52,887 bases of DNA from a virus (IMGVR_UViG_3300020596_000029:1-52887); one strand, 5' to 3'; positions 26,780 to 36,279 are shown, counted from the stretch's first letter. Numbers and translations are program-made. Notes: generated by a model from the sequence alone, not told the origin.

Positions 26780-28069
26780 TTGGCTGAATTAAGCATACTC
26801 TGGGAAACAGTTTCGGGAACGGGTGACAGCAGCACATCGGGTTATACAGACACTTTGATGTTTCAGCTTTTTCGCTCACTGTTTTCGCGTACTGCCAACC
26901 TGGGCGGCGTCACTCCTGACTTTCAAAACGAGTTAGCGGTAACGGGCGCGTCATCACCTGTCGCCGTGAACACAGGCGCAGGGCTTGTCTATGGCATACC
27001 CTATTTCAATAGTGCCAGCGTCAACGTCGTCATCGCCACGCCAGGCGCCAGCACGCGCGTTGATCGCATTGTGCTGCGTGCGAGTTGGGCGGCTAAGACG
27101 GTTCGTATCACGAGAATTGCAGGCACGGAGGGTGCGGGCGCTCCTGCTATGACGCAGATAGGCGGCACGACCTGGGATATACCACTAGCCACAGTGAGTA
27201 TTACCACGGGTGCCGTAATCACCGTTACTGATGGCCGTGAGTGGTTAGATGGCGCGGGCGACGGCACGATTGACAGCACAAAGCTCGCAACGGGGGCAGT
27301 GACCACCGCCAAGATTGCAGCAAGCGCGGTTGGAGCATCTGAACTCGCAACGAGCGCAGTAACCACCGCCAAGATTGCAGACGATGCTGTCACCGCCGCC
27401 AAACTTTCAAACATGGCTCAAGATACTATCAGGGGGCGCATTACAGCTAGCACAGGCGACCCAGAGGATTTGTCTGCTACCAACGTTCGCACGATCATCA
27501 ACGTCGCCAACGGAGCAGACGTTACTAGCGCCACAAATATCGCCAGTTCTGTCGTTGGGTCAAGTGCCAAGACAACGCCAATCGATGCAGACTCCATCGC
27601 ATTGATTGACAGCGCAGCCAGCAACGCGCTCAAAAAAGTGACGATTGCCAATTTGCGCTTGGTCACGGCTACGGCAGCAAAAGCATCTTTTACGCCAACC
27701 TATCTGGTGGCAGGATCAGAGACGGGTGTAACGTACGGCCTCCGGAACGGACAATATCTCGTTTCGGGCGAAATGGTTTTTGTTAGCATTCACATGGAGC
27801 TGACCAACAAAGGGGCAGGGTCGGGTGCTATCACCATCGGTGGTTTGCCATTTTCCGTTGTATCTCCTGCCGCGTCGATGGCGGTAAATTGGCATTTAGG
27901 CACGACGAGCCTTGTACACATGAGCGGGTTAGTTTTGGTATCCGGCACGACAATAACCCTGTATGGCATGACCGCGGCGGCGACAAGTTCGCTAACCTCT
28001 ATTCAAAATTCGGATATGTCCAATACTTCCCGGCTTTATATTTCAGGATCATATTTCAAGGCAGCATAA
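26780..28069 (+). CDS. Minor tail/baseplate fibre protein
   Basis: RVDRIVLR and IPLA motifs; AVTTAKIA repeats. Confidence 0.7.
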   Translation: MAELSILWETVSGTGDSSTSGYTDTLMFQLFRSLFSRTANLGGVTPDFQNELAVTGASSPVAVNTGAGLVYGIPYFNSASVNVVIATPGASTRVDRIVLRASWAAKTVRITRIAGTEGAGAPAMTQIGGTTWDIPLATVSITTGAVITVTDGREWLDGAGDGTIDSTKLATGAVTTAKIAASAVGASELATSAVTTAKIADDAVTAAKLSNMAQDTIRGRITASTGDPEDLSATNVRTIINVANGADVTSATNIASSVVGSSAKTTPIDADSIALIDSAASNALKKVTIANLRLVTATAAKASFTPTYLVAGSETGVTYGLRNGQYLVSGEMVFVSIHMELTNKGAGSGAITIGGLPFSVVSPAASMAVNWHLGTTSLVHMSGLVLVSGTTITLYGMTAAATSSLTSIQNSDMSNTSRLYISGSYFKAA

Positions 28070-28072
28070 CGC

Positions 28073-29194
28073 ATGACCACCTCCTACATCGTTCGCATCC
28101 GCAACCGCGCCGGCGTGCGTCAATACGACGTGACCGACTTTCTCGCGCTCAACTACAGTAAAGTCGTTAACGATGTAGGCATGTTGCGCGTTGACTTGGC
28201 GGGCAATCATCAGGCAATTGCCGCGCTTGAAAAGGACGGCCAGATTGAAGTGTGGCGTTATGACGACGCAGAAGGCATCGCGCCCTACTGCGACTTCTAC
28301 GGCCTCTATCGTGACCGCGACCGACGCACGCCCACCGATTCCAAAAACGGAATATTCACCCTGAAATGCGTGTCCCAACTGCACTTCCTCAAGCGCGCGC
28401 TGATTGCCTTTTATGCAGGCACGAACCTACGCAACGATTTCACGGCTGTGGTGGCTGAAACCGTGATGAAACTCATGGTGCGCTATAACGCAACGGTGGA
28501 TGCCACCACTGCCAATAGCCGCCGACGAACGGTGGGTACATGGTCAACAAATATCAGCTATGCCGCTGATACGGCCGCGGGCGCGAGTATTACAAAAGCC
28601 TTTGCCCACCTAAACTTGCTCGAAGCCTTGCAGGAAGTAGCTTTGCTGGGCGGTCTTGATTTTGATTTGGTCAAGACGGGTTTGCAGACGTGGCAATTTC
28701 GCACCTACGCGCTCTTGGGAGTTGACCGCACGGCGACGGTGAAGTTCAGCATGTCATGGGGCAATATGGAGAATCCATCTTTAACGGGGGGCGGCTTGGA
28801 CGAGGCGACAGTTGCCATTGTGGGGGGTGAAGGCGAGGAGGCGGCGCGCGCTTTTGCCATACGTACAGGGCCGAATTATGTCGCTAATTACAATGACATC
28901 GAGGTCTTTGTCAACGCCGCGCAACAGGTTAGCGGCTCGCTTAATGCCGCTGGAGACGCACGGCTAAAAGAATTGCGCTCCCGTGAAGATTTCGTCTTTG
29001 ATACATTGCAGGGGGGGGCATATCGCTATGGGCGCGATTACTGCGCGGCGGGGGCTATGGGTGACAAGGTGACGGTGACTTACGCCGAGGCATCTGTCAT
29101 CAAGAAAATTCGCGGCGCGCATGTTGCGGTTGCGACTGCGGCAGGCGGGCAAAAGGCTGAACAAATTCGCTTGGACATGGTGACGGCTCTATGA
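28073..29194 (+). CDS. Tail hub protein (ReqiPepy6 gp37-like)
   Basis: N.VG, VGGEGE..AR and YRYGRDY..GD.VTV motifs. Confidence 0.75.
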   Translation: MTTSYIVRIRNRAGVRQYDVTDFLALNYSKVVNDVGMLRVDLAGNHQAIAALEKDGQIEVWRYDDAEGIAPYCDFYGLYRDRDRRTPTDSKNGIFTLKCVSQLHFLKRALIAFYAGTNLRNDFTAVVAETVMKLMVRYNATVDATTANSRRRTVGTWSTNISYAADTAAGASITKAFAHLNLLEALQEVALLGGLDFDLVKTGLQTWQFRTYALLGVDRTATVKFSMSWGNMENPSLTGGGLDEATVAIVGGEGEEAARAFAIRTGPNYVANYNDIEVFVNAAQQVSGSLNAAGDARLKELRSREDFVFDTLQGGAYRYGRDYCAAGAMGDKVTVTYAEASVIKKIRGAHVAVATAAGGQKAEQIRLDMVTAL

Positions 29195-30672
29195 CGCCTC
29201 AGGAGGAAACGCTGTTTCGGCAGTTGATCCAGGAAATAGCCCGCATCAAGAAAGTTATTGGTGTTACGGATACCCTGGAAATGGTAGCGAGTACCTACAC
29301 AGACGAGCAGGCTCAGGACGCCGTGGGCACTATCCTCACGGACACCACGACGATAGACTTTACCTACGTCGACGCAACGCCTGGAATCGTCGCCTCTGTC
29401 AAAACTGATTCCATCGACAATACGCTTTTGGCGAACATGGCGGCAGACACGATTAAGGGGTACGCTGGCATAGGCACAGGTGACCCAACCGATCTGACGG
29501 CAACGCAAGCCAGAACCATCCTCAACGTTGCCAGTGGTGCCGATGTAACAGGCACGGCCATCACCGCACTGGCGGCAAAGGTAACGCCCGTTGATGCCGA
29601 CGCGGTGGTCATCACCGACAGCGCAGCAGCTGACGCGCCGAAACGTACACTGTGGAGCAACATAAAGGCGACGCTAAAAGCCTATTTCGACCCGTTGTAT
29701 GTGCAACTTGCGGGTGTAGCGGGTGGGCAGCGAGTGACGGGGATTGCTTCGACAGGGATTGCGCTGGAGGCGTATCGCAACCTTGTGGCGGCATCGACGG
29801 ATTCGCCTGTGTTTCAAGTTTACCAAGATCATGCCAGCGATGATCAGCCGGTGGCTGTGTTCAGACAGGATGGCAGCGGCAATATCATTGAGGGCTACAA
29901 TAACGCTGGTGCTAAGGTGATGTGGAATGAGCAGGGTTCGACGTACAGCATCCTGAAAACTGATGCGAGTACGTTGGGGACTTCGGCTTTTTCTGGATTT
30001 GGCACGGCCACCGATCAGGGGCGCATTGAGTATAGTGCCTATGGGTCTGCGCTTAGTGGCTCACATTTTGGGCAGACGCGTGCGGGGGCTGGCATTTTTC
30101 GCACAGTGGACTTGACCAAGTTTTTGCTTGGCACGTTTGACTCTGCGCCTGTCATTTTTGGCACCAATAACACGTTTGCCGGGGCAATTTCGACGGCGCA
30201 GGACTGGGGCATTGGCGTGCTGGCTCCCGCCGCAAGGCTAGACGTACTACAGCTGACGCTTGGAAGCGCAGTACAGAAGTTGGCTTCAACCGCTACGAAT
30301 GACGACCCGTCCGAAATTGTCTATCAAAACCGCGTTGCTACTACCGATGCCACAGTCACCACACTGCACACTTTTACGATTCCCGCCTCAACTACCTACG
30401 CGATTCGTGCCACAGTGGTGGCGAGGCGCACAGGGGGAGTATCGGGCGCAGCGGAAGACGGTGCGTTTTATACACTTGAGTCTGTATACAAAAATGTAGC
30501 GGGTGTGGCGACCATTATCGGGGCAGCGGTTTACACAGCAAAAGAGTCTGTCGCAGGATGGGATGCCGTCTTCGATGTGACGGGAGCGACCGTACGGGCC
30601 AGGGTAACTGGGGCTGCAACTACGTCAATTACCTGGCACGTGACCGCTAAAGTGAACATGGTCAGCACATAG
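29191..30672 (+). CDS. Tail fibre / receptor-binding protein
   Basis: E.AQDAVG motif. Shares the TGDP.DL.AT..RTI.NVA segment with 26780-28069. GIG..P.ARLDV motif. Confidence 0.7.
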   Translation: MTPQEETLFRQLIQEIARIKKVIGVTDTLEMVASTYTDEQAQDAVGTILTDTTTIDFTYVDATPGIVASVKTDSIDNTLLANMAADTIKGYAGIGTGDPTDLTATQARTILNVASGADVTGTAITALAAKVTPVDADAVVITDSAAADAPKRTLWSNIKATLKAYFDPLYVQLAGVAGGQRVTGIASTGIALEAYRNLVAASTDSPVFQVYQDHASDDQPVAVFRQDGSGNIIEGYNNAGAKVMWNEQGSTYSILKTDASTLGTSAFSGFGTATDQGRIEYSAYGSALSGSHFGQTRAGAGIFRTVDLTKFLLGTFDSAPVIFGTNNTFAGAISTAQDWGIGVLAPAARLDVLQLTLGSAVQKLASTATNDDPSEIVYQNRVATTDATVTTLHTFTIPASTTYAIRATVVARRTGGVSGAAEDGAFYTLESVYKNVAGVATIIGAAVYTAKESVAGWDAVFDVTGATVRARVTGAATTSITWHVTAKVNMVST

Positions 30673-30682
30673 GGAGGCAACA

Positions 30683-30952
30683 ATGGCGGGTAATATAAGC
30701 ATAACGATAGGGAGCAATACCTTCACGTTGCCACTGGCCGCAACGAACGCTCAGATAGGCTCGGCCCTCACGCGTTACGCGCGTAGCCTGGGCATCTCCA
30801 CCGCTGGCACGAACGCCGAGAGCATGACGGCTATCCTGGAACACATACGCGACGACATTAGACGCCGCTCTAAAGACGCGCAACTGGCGGACATCGAAGC
30901 GGCACAGGATGCTGCCAACCAAGCGACTGTCGATGCAGACAATCCGTTGTAG
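30683..30952 (+). CDS. Small fibre-associated protein
   Basis: GGAGG RBS; last late gene. Confidence 0.6.
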   Translation: MAGNISITIGSNTFTLPLAATNAQIGSALTRYARSLGISTAGTNAESMTAILEHIRDDIRRRSKDAQLADIEAAQDAANQATVDADNPL

Positions 30953-30953
30953 G

Positions 30954-30986
30954 GCCAACGCCGGGTTGGCTAGCCCCGGCGTTGGT
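30954..30986. terminator. Hairpin at the convergence of late and early transcription
   Basis: CCAACGCCGGG/CCCGGCGTTGG 11-bp stem with no clear U tract. Confidence 0.55.
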
Positions 30987-31034
30987 GTGCGGCTATTCGA
31001 TTGCGCCATGCTCAGGGCGTTGCTGTGTTCTGTG

Positions 31035-31241
31035 CTATTCCTCACCGCCAGTGAGGTTCTCGACGATGATGTCGATTGCCTCCTGCTCGGTGAGGCAGTT
31101 GACCGTCTCGTCGTTGCAGGCGACCCAGAATTTACCCTCCAGGTCAAGCCCCACCATCAAGTCTCCGCCAATTAGACGGCCTATTGTGTCGGCGCGCTCT
31201 ACAGATTCCTCTGCTATTCTGCGTGCTTGTTGCTCGTTCAT
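31035..31241 (-). CDS. Hypothetical early protein
   Basis: GAGGAG RBS; acidic 68 aa. Confidence 0.7.
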   Translation of the reverse strand: MNEQQARRIAEESVERADTIGRLIGGDLMVGLDLEGKFWVACNDETVNCLTEQEAIDIIVENLTGGEE

Positions 31242-31285
31242 GGTTTTTGTCTCCTCTTGTGCATGTGGTTGATTGCGCTAGTTGA

Positions 31286-31624
31286 TTACTCGTCGGCTAC
31301 CTCGATGGCTTCCAAGTGGTCAGCTACCTGTCGCCATGTTGTGCCGATGCCCCGGAAACTATGGGCGGGGCCGGCGTCTAAGCGGTAGAATCCCTTGATG
31401 CCGTTGGTTTCCAGTAATCCTACGTCGCTGCGGTTGGCAGCAACCCATTGTTGGAGCCACGATTGCGTGATACTGCGGGGTTGATTGTTGTTCATGTTCA
31501 TGTTCTCCTCTTGGGTGACAAGTGTGTCTAGCAGTTCTATCATCGTGACTTCGTAGCGTGCTGCTAGTACCTTGAGCCGTCGTCGTGTGCTGTCCAGTAC
31601 TTTGATGGTGGTTACGTCGTTCAT
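31286..31624 (-). CDS. RHH-like protein in frame with a second domain that has its own RBS (internal start 31501)
   Basis: AAGGAG RBS. TTIKV..STRRRLKVLAA..TMIELLD. Internal GAGGAGAACATG. Confidence 0.6.
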   Translation of the reverse strand: MNDVTTIKVLDSTRRRLKVLAARYEVTMIELLDTLVTQEENMNMNNNQPRSITQSWLQQWVAANRSDVGLLETNGIKGFYRLDAGPAHSFRGIGTTWRQVADHLEAIEVADE

Positions 31625-31815
31625 TTGTATTCTCCTTCGAGTTCGCGCATGGCTGCGACGGCATCCCGGCGGAAGGCCGCCAGCTTGTCGCCGAGCTTGA
31701 GCGTGAACGATTTTGGCTTTGGCCCGGCACCGGGGCGCGAGCCACCGTTGTTTGTGCGCTGGTCGGCGGCGCGCACTTTGGGTCGCGCGCCGCCGTGGTT
31801 GGAAGATGCGTTCAT
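31621..31815 (-). CDS. Small basic protein with GGARP/GGSRPGAGPKP motifs
   Basis: ATGA overlaps on both sides. Confidence 0.6.
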   Translation of the reverse strand: MNASSNHGGARPKVRAADQRTNNGGSRPGAGPKPKSFTLKLGDKLAAFRRDAVAAMRELEGEYK

Positions 31816-32087
31816 CGGTTTTCCACTGCGTCAAAAAAGTCAGAGAAAAGTTGCGCCTCCGCCTTTGGGCTTGTTTTCGGCATGGCGTTGAATTCGTCCT
31901 CGGTCATCGGGCGAATCTGACAGAACCAAGACATGCCCTCTGGGCCATTCATCTTCTTGACCGAATCGACCACAAACCATTCGTCGGTCTTGTGTGACTG
32001 GTAGAAGTCTCCAGCCGAAATGCTCTTGTGATGCCAGTGACCGTTTATGATGGTGCCATCTGCCGATTGGTAATATCCGGGTCTCAT
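31812..32087 (-). CDS. Hypothetical early protein
   Basis: GAGGAG RBS directly after hammerhead 1. Confidence 0.7.
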   Translation of the reverse strand: MRPGYYQSADGTIINGHWHHKSISAGDFYQSHKTDEWFVVDSVKKMNGPEGMSWFCQIRPMTEDEFNAMPKTSPKAEAQLFSDFFDAVENR

Positions 32088-32102
32088 TGTGTTTCTCCTC
32101 TA

Positions 32103-32157
32103 GGTGTTTCGGCCTTCGTTCCGGCCTTCGTCAGTAGCGCCGATTGCGCTAGACACC
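32103..32157 (-). ncRNA. Type III hammerhead ribozyme 1
   Basis: GGUGUC^UAGCGC-AAUCG-GCGCUA-CUGACGA-A-GGCC-GGAACGAA-GGCC-GAAA-CACC. Confidence 0.9.
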
Positions 32158-32183
32158 GAGCAGTTTTGCGACTTGCCCAGGTC
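32157..32183 (-). ncRNA. H-type pseudoknot motif, copy 1
   Basis: GAC-CUGGGCA-AGUC-GCAAAAC-UGCUCG. Confidence 0.7.
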
Positions 32184-32190
32184 GGCGTGA

Positions 32191-32733
32191 TTATTTGGCT
32201 TCAGCAACGATCTCGTTTTTGTTGTCAACGATTACGTCCGTACCATCGCGGTGAGTTTCGGTGAACTCAGCATCCCAGCCATTTTCTTGCGCCAGTTGTA
32301 TCAGGTCTGCGACGGTGGTTTCGGCTGCCTCGTTGCCGTAACGGTCGTTGACGATTGTGTAGATTTTTATTTCTTCTTCGATTTCGCGCATGGCGGCGAT
32401 GGCGTCACGGCGATGGCTCTCGTAGTCTGCGTCATTGCCCAACCGCACACTGTAATCTGCAATGCGCTCGCGCACGTCGCCGATGTCAACGCCCAGCTTG
32501 GTAGCCAGTGCCTCGACCTCTGCGTCGGTGGCCTCGCTGTCACTGATATATCTGGCCCACCAGTCGTAGGTGTGCTGGCTGGCGATGTAGGCGTTTTCTT
32601 CCTCCGACCAGACAAACTGGCCGTCGCTGAGTGCGCCTGTGTTGCCAATGAGGTCGGCGACCCAATTGACGCCGTTGTCGCTAATGATGGTCAGGTCTGT
32701 GCGCTCGTTGGTTTCTGTGATGATGATGTTCAT
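32191..32733 (-). CDS. Acidic hypothetical early protein flanked by hammerheads
   Basis: AAGGAG RBS; 180 aa. Confidence 0.8.
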   Translation of the reverse strand: MNIIITETNERTDLTIISDNGVNWVADLIGNTGALSDGQFVWSEEENAYIASQHTYDWWARYISDSEATDAEVEALATKLGVDIGDVRERIADYSVRLGNDADYESHRRDAIAAMREIEEEIKIYTIVNDRYGNEAAETTVADLIQLAQENGWDAEFTETHRDGTDVIVDNKNEIVAEAK

Positions 32734-32753
32734 TTTGGTTCTCCTTTTGGCTA

Positions 32754-32807
32754 GGTGTTTCGGCCTTCTGGCCTCATTCAGCGCCGGTCAATTTCCGGTC
32801 AGACACC
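32754..32807 (-). ncRNA. Type III hammerhead ribozyme 2 (core variant CUGAAUGA)
   Basis: GGUGUC^UGACCGG-AAAUUGA-CCGGCG-CUGAAUGA-GGCC-AGAA-GGCC-GAAA-CACC. Confidence 0.8.
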
Positions 32808-32833
32808 GAGCAGTTTCGCGACTTGCTCAGGTC
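32807..32833 (-). ncRNA. H-type pseudoknot motif, copy 2
   Basis: GAC-CUGAGCA-AGUC-GCGAAAC-UGCUCG. Confidence 0.7.
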
Positions 32834-32840
32834 GATTTAA

Positions 32841-33173
32841 CTAAACCAGTTTTTTGTTCTTGAGGTCGTCAATCAATTTTGACGCCTCGACGGAGGTGAG
32901 TCCGCGAGCAACCATCGCTCGCAAATTGTGGATGGCCTCGAAGGCCTGAGCCTTCAGCGTTGAAAGAGTAATCGGATTGCGACGAAGGCGAATGTTCAGA
33001 AGTTCAGCGTACCACAGCGAGACCTGGCCCTCAAGCATTTGGATTTTCACTTCGGACCCTCCGTTCTGGCGTAATTCCTCAATTGTGACTTCCAGTCCAG
33101 CGAAATAGGGAGCCGATTCGATTCCGTCAATCATGCTGTTGATATAGTCGAGTTGCTTCTGTGTGGCGGTCAT
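32841..33173 (-). CDS. Hypothetical early protein
   Basis: AAGGAG RBS; AT.KQLDYI..LT..EASKLID.L motif. Confidence 0.75.
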   Translation of the reverse strand: MTATQKQLDYINSMIDGIESAPYFAGLEVTIEELRQNGGSEVKIQMLEGQVSLWYAELLNIRLRRNPITLSTLKAQAFEAIHNLRAMVARGLTSVEASKLIDDLKNKKLV

Positions 33174-33219
33174 TTTGTTTCTCCTTTTGGCTAGTGGTTC
33201 GTTTGTCGTCCTTGATACC

Positions 33220-33256
33220 ATTCTACCACAAGTCAGACCCGATTGCAATAGGCAAA
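33220..33256 (-). promoter_or_regulatory. Early promoter TTGCAA-N17-TAGAAT, extended -10, upstream TTTGCCTA
   Basis: Read directly on the minus strand. Confidence 0.7.
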
Positions 33257-33304
33257 GTGACGAGTTTTGAATATTCGTTGCTGTGCGTTGGACGATGCCA
33301 AACC

Positions 33305-33820
33305 CTATCTGCGGCTAGTCCCCTGCCCTGGCCGCTGCGTGAGTGTGGCGCGAGTGTCGAAAAATAGCGACAGTGGCGCACGCTTCGCGGGGTTGTTGTA
33401 GCCCCATTTGCCACCCACCCAATTGTAGCTAAGTTTCCCCCATTTGGGTTCGCATTCGTAGTAGCACCACGCAAAGTGGATGCCATCCATGCCGCTTGAC
33501 GCTACCAGGTGCGCGTAGTTAGCCCACGGATGCCGTTCCCATTCAGGCGGGAACGTGTGCATCCAGTCAGCCGCGACAGGGGTCGCCGCGTGCTGTGCGA
33601 CTGCGAGGGCATCGCTCACCTCCTGTTTGTCCATCGCTTCTACGCACTTGGGGCAGTAGTCGCGCCGTATCGCCCCCTTCCAACCGCCACCCACTATGCT
33701 CCGCACCCATCCTGTGCGTTTCGCCTCTGTCCTTGCCGCCCGTGGCGACAACTCGTGCGCGGCAAAGTGTACCGCGCCGCACTTGTCGCAACTTACTCGG
33801 TAGCCACGCTCAAGAGCCAT
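33305..33820 (-). CDS. Hypothetical protein with CxxC pairs
   Basis: CDKCG...YCPKC; part of an overlapping gene chain. Confidence 0.6.
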   Translation of the reverse strand: MALERGYRVSCDKCGAVHFAAHELSPRAARTEAKRTGWVRSIVGGGWKGAIRRDYCPKCVEAMDKQEVSDALAVAQHAATPVAADWMHTFPPEWERHPWANYAHLVASSGMDGIHFAWCYYECEPKWGKLSYNWVGGKWGYNNPAKRAPLSLFFDTRATLTQRPGQGTSRR

Positions 33821-34154
33821 CGCCCACCCCCTTCCATCCCGCCGGCAGCGCGTCCAACCAGGTGCGCACCGTCAAATAGTCGTCGTGCAGTTGATCCGGC
33901 ATGTTGCCAGCATCGTCGCCGAACATCCCCGCCAACCGATTCAGCACGCGATCCATGGCATCGGCTGCGTCTTTTGGCACACTCACCACCTCGCGCTCAG
34001 TGGCGCGGCAGAGGCGCACGTCACTAGGCAGAGTGTCTCCCCAAACCCCAAAATCTTCACTGACAAACATAGAGATTTCGGTGTAGTTCTCGACAGAGAT
34101 TTCGGAGAAACTACCCTGTTCGATTGGCTGCCACGTCGTCACTGTTGCCATCAC
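33810..34154 (-). CDS. Hypothetical protein
   Basis: Overlapping gene chain with RBS. Confidence 0.6.
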   Translation of the reverse strand: MMATVTTWQPIEQGSFSEISVENYTEISMFVSEDFGVWGDTLPSDVRLCRATEREVVSVPKDAADAMDRVLNRLAGMFGDDAGNMPDQLHDDYLTVRTWLDALPAGWKGVGDGS

Positions 34155-34513
34155 GCCACCCCCTCATTTTCTTCCGTGCCATCCAAACAATCGACGCACA
34201 TTGGTTGCCACTGCCCGCGTTGCGCCTCGTCGAGCTGTGCGCGCAGGCTGTCGAGCTTGGCTTCGTAAATTTTGCAATACATCTCCGCAAGGCTGGTCGC
34301 TTGCAGAACTTCAATGTACGGCTCATTTTCTTTGAGGTAGCCCTTTGGCGTTTGGCAATTGATCATGTCTCTACGCACACGTTCACTCGAAACCAACGGC
34401 TCCACCGCTTCGCGTGCTGCCTTGTAGCCCTCGCTGTAGCCTAGTCCCCGTTCATAGTGGAGAGCATCATTCAACTCCTGTTGCTCGGTCATTGTGTCAA
34501 TCCCTGCAACCAT
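34151..34513 (-). CDS. Hypothetical protein
   Basis: Gene chain; alternative start at 34492. Confidence 0.55.
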   Translation of the reverse strand: MVAGIDTMTEQQELNDALHYERGLGYSEGYKAAREAVEPLVSSERVRRDMINCQTPKGYLKENEPYIEVLQATSLAEMYCKIYEAKLDSLRAQLDEAQRGQWQPMCVDCLDGTEENEGVA

Positions 34514-34556
34514 ACGAAGCCTGGGTGCGTGGCGTCTAGTCGGCTATGGTGGGTGA

Positions 34557-35297
34557 TTAGGCTTCGATGGGCGTCGCATCTTGCGCGACTTGCACGAGGC
34601 GGTCTTGAAATTTCTTGTCAAGCCCTTTGATGAGTTTTTTGGCTTCCGCGTCATAGAGTTGGTTTATTGTGTTTCGCGCTCCCTGGCTGCACCACTCGGC
34701 ACTCTTAGCTTTGTTCGCTTCCCATTCGCCGTCACCCGGATATGCGAGCATCCCCAGCCGGTTGATTTCCTTCAATTGGTCTGCGTTCGCACGCGCTCGC
34801 GTTGACGCTGGCTCCTCAATAGGCTTGCTCGCGGCCTTTGCCTGTTGCGGCTTGGCAGCATCCTGCGCGGCTTCTGTTTCGTGTTCGCCGTCCTCATTGC
34901 CTACCCCTACATTGAGGAGCTTGGCGATGAAATACTTATGGCCGCTGGTAATAGCTTTGTACATCGCTTTGTCAGGTACAAAAAAGTCTGAACCACGACC
35001 TGCCCAAAACGCCATGAGTTCGCTTTCCCCGTCCATGATAAGCATCTCGAAATTGACGATGGCGTCATAACGCGTCTTGGCCTTGCCATAGCCATCAGTA
35101 TAGGAGATTTCCGTCACCGACTCATTAACGATGCGTGGCAGTATGACAATGCCCTGATTACTCAACGCGTCCCCGGCACGTTGCAGAATCTTATCAGCCG
35201 AAATGTAGGAGTAGTTTTGCGCCGTATTTATCTTGTCTGGCATCAAAGCACCGACGGCAGTTGAGGCGGCGGCAAGTTTTGCAATAAGTGTGTTCAT
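34557..35297 (-). CDS. ERF-family single-strand annealing protein
   Basis: NYSY.S...I, G.G.D...DKA.YKAIT.G.KY, ED.E motifs. Confidence 0.85.
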   Translation of the reverse strand: MNTLIAKLAAASTAVGALMPDKINTAQNYSYISADKILQRAGDALSNQGIVILPRIVNESVTEISYTDGYGKAKTRYDAIVNFEMLIMDGESELMAFWAGRGSDFFVPDKAMYKAITSGHKYFIAKLLNVGVGNEDGEHETEAAQDAAKPQQAKAASKPIEEPASTRARANADQLKEINRLGMLAYPGDGEWEANKAKSAEWCSQGARNTINQLYDAEAKKLIKGLDKKFQDRLVQVAQDATPIEA

Positions 35298-35300
35298 CGT

Positions 35301-35453
35301 CTACTTCTCCTTGTCCTTTTTGGGTGCCGGCTTGGTTGCCTGCGTTTGATTGTCTGTCGGTGGACGTGGTGCCGGTGCCATCCTGATGGCTATGAAGTCG
35401 GCAAACACTTTGCCCGTGCAAAAAATGCGCTTGCCCTGCGATTCGTTTGTCAT
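35301..35453 (-). CDS. 50-aa hypothetical protein (absent from the ORF track)
   Basis: GGAGG RBS and TAATG coupling; MTNESQGKRIFC... Confidence 0.45.
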   Translation of the reverse strand: MTNESQGKRIFCTGKVFADFIAIRMAPAPRPPTDNQTQATKPAPKKDKEK

Positions 35454-35704
35454 TACCAACCTCCAAACGCGTGGTATGCACAGTCGAGCATGTCATCCTC
35501 ATATTCAACCGCGGCAGCAATTGCCTCGGTGGTGTCCTTCCACGCGCATATGTACCGTTCGATGTTCTCTGTCTTCCAGAACCATTCAAGCGGCTGGCAT
35601 TCTAGGCCAAGTCGCGCGTCGAGCATTGCGATTTCCTCAGGCGAGGCAAAGTCCATTTCTTCGGGCATAGCGTATGTTTCGGTGTTGACCTGTGTAGCGT
35701 TCAT
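35453..35704 (-). CDS. Acidic hypothetical protein
   Basis: 83 aa, very acidic. Confidence 0.6.
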   Translation of the reverse strand: MNATQVNTETYAMPEEMDFASPEEIAMLDARLGLECQPLEWFWKTENIERYICAWKDTTEAIAAAVEYEDDMLDCAYHAFGGW

Positions 35705-35788
35705 AGTGTAAAATTATCCCTGTCTGAGTAAATGGTAAAAGTAGTTGCAGTGGGGGCCAGGGTGTTAGCGCACTCCTGGCCCTTCGTT

Positions 35789-36058
35789 TTACGCCGCCTG
35801 TGCTGCCTGATAACGAGCTAGATAGTCGGCTCTCTGAATTTCATGCAGATGTGGATGTGTGGACAGTAGCAGCAAGTCGGCTGCTCCAATGTGTGAGCAG
35901 CCAATTGCATAGCTGCGTCTCAGTGCCTCGGTTTGTGCCTTCGTCGGCCTGGCGTACATGCCAGATGCTTGGCGTCGCTTGCGCGTTGCCGTGGCAAGCC
36001 GGGTGTGAAAGTCGCGCTGCGTTGGTGCGTCGGTGGTGGTAGATGCTGCGTGTGTCAT
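35789..36058 (-). CDS. Hypothetical protein
   Basis: AAGGAG RBS. Confidence 0.6.
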   Translation of the reverse strand: MTHAASTTTDAPTQRDFHTRLATATRKRRQASGMYARPTKAQTEALRRSYAIGCSHIGAADLLLLSTHPHLHEIQRADYLARYQAAQAA

Positions 36059-36100
36059 GGTGCTGGCTCCTTTGCGTGTGATTGTTGGTGTCGTGGTTGA

Positions 36101-36268
36101 CTACTCAAAAAACTTGTTGACATCGCAGGTGACGAATTGCTGAACGTAAACGAGCGTGGCGGTTTCGCCTTCCGTGTTATAGATGTTCAAAGCGTGCTTA
36201 TAAATCTTGTGATTGAAAATGCGCTTGATAGTGGATAGTACAGGTGTGTTGACGGCGGTGTGTTTCAT
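36101..36268 (-). CDS. Hypothetical protein
   Basis: AGGAG RBS before MKHTAV. Confidence 0.6.
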   Translation of the reverse strand: MKHTAVNTPVLSTIKRIFNHKIYKHALNIYNTEGETATLVYVQQFVTCDVNKFFE

Positions 36269-36279
36269 CTTTGTGTCTC

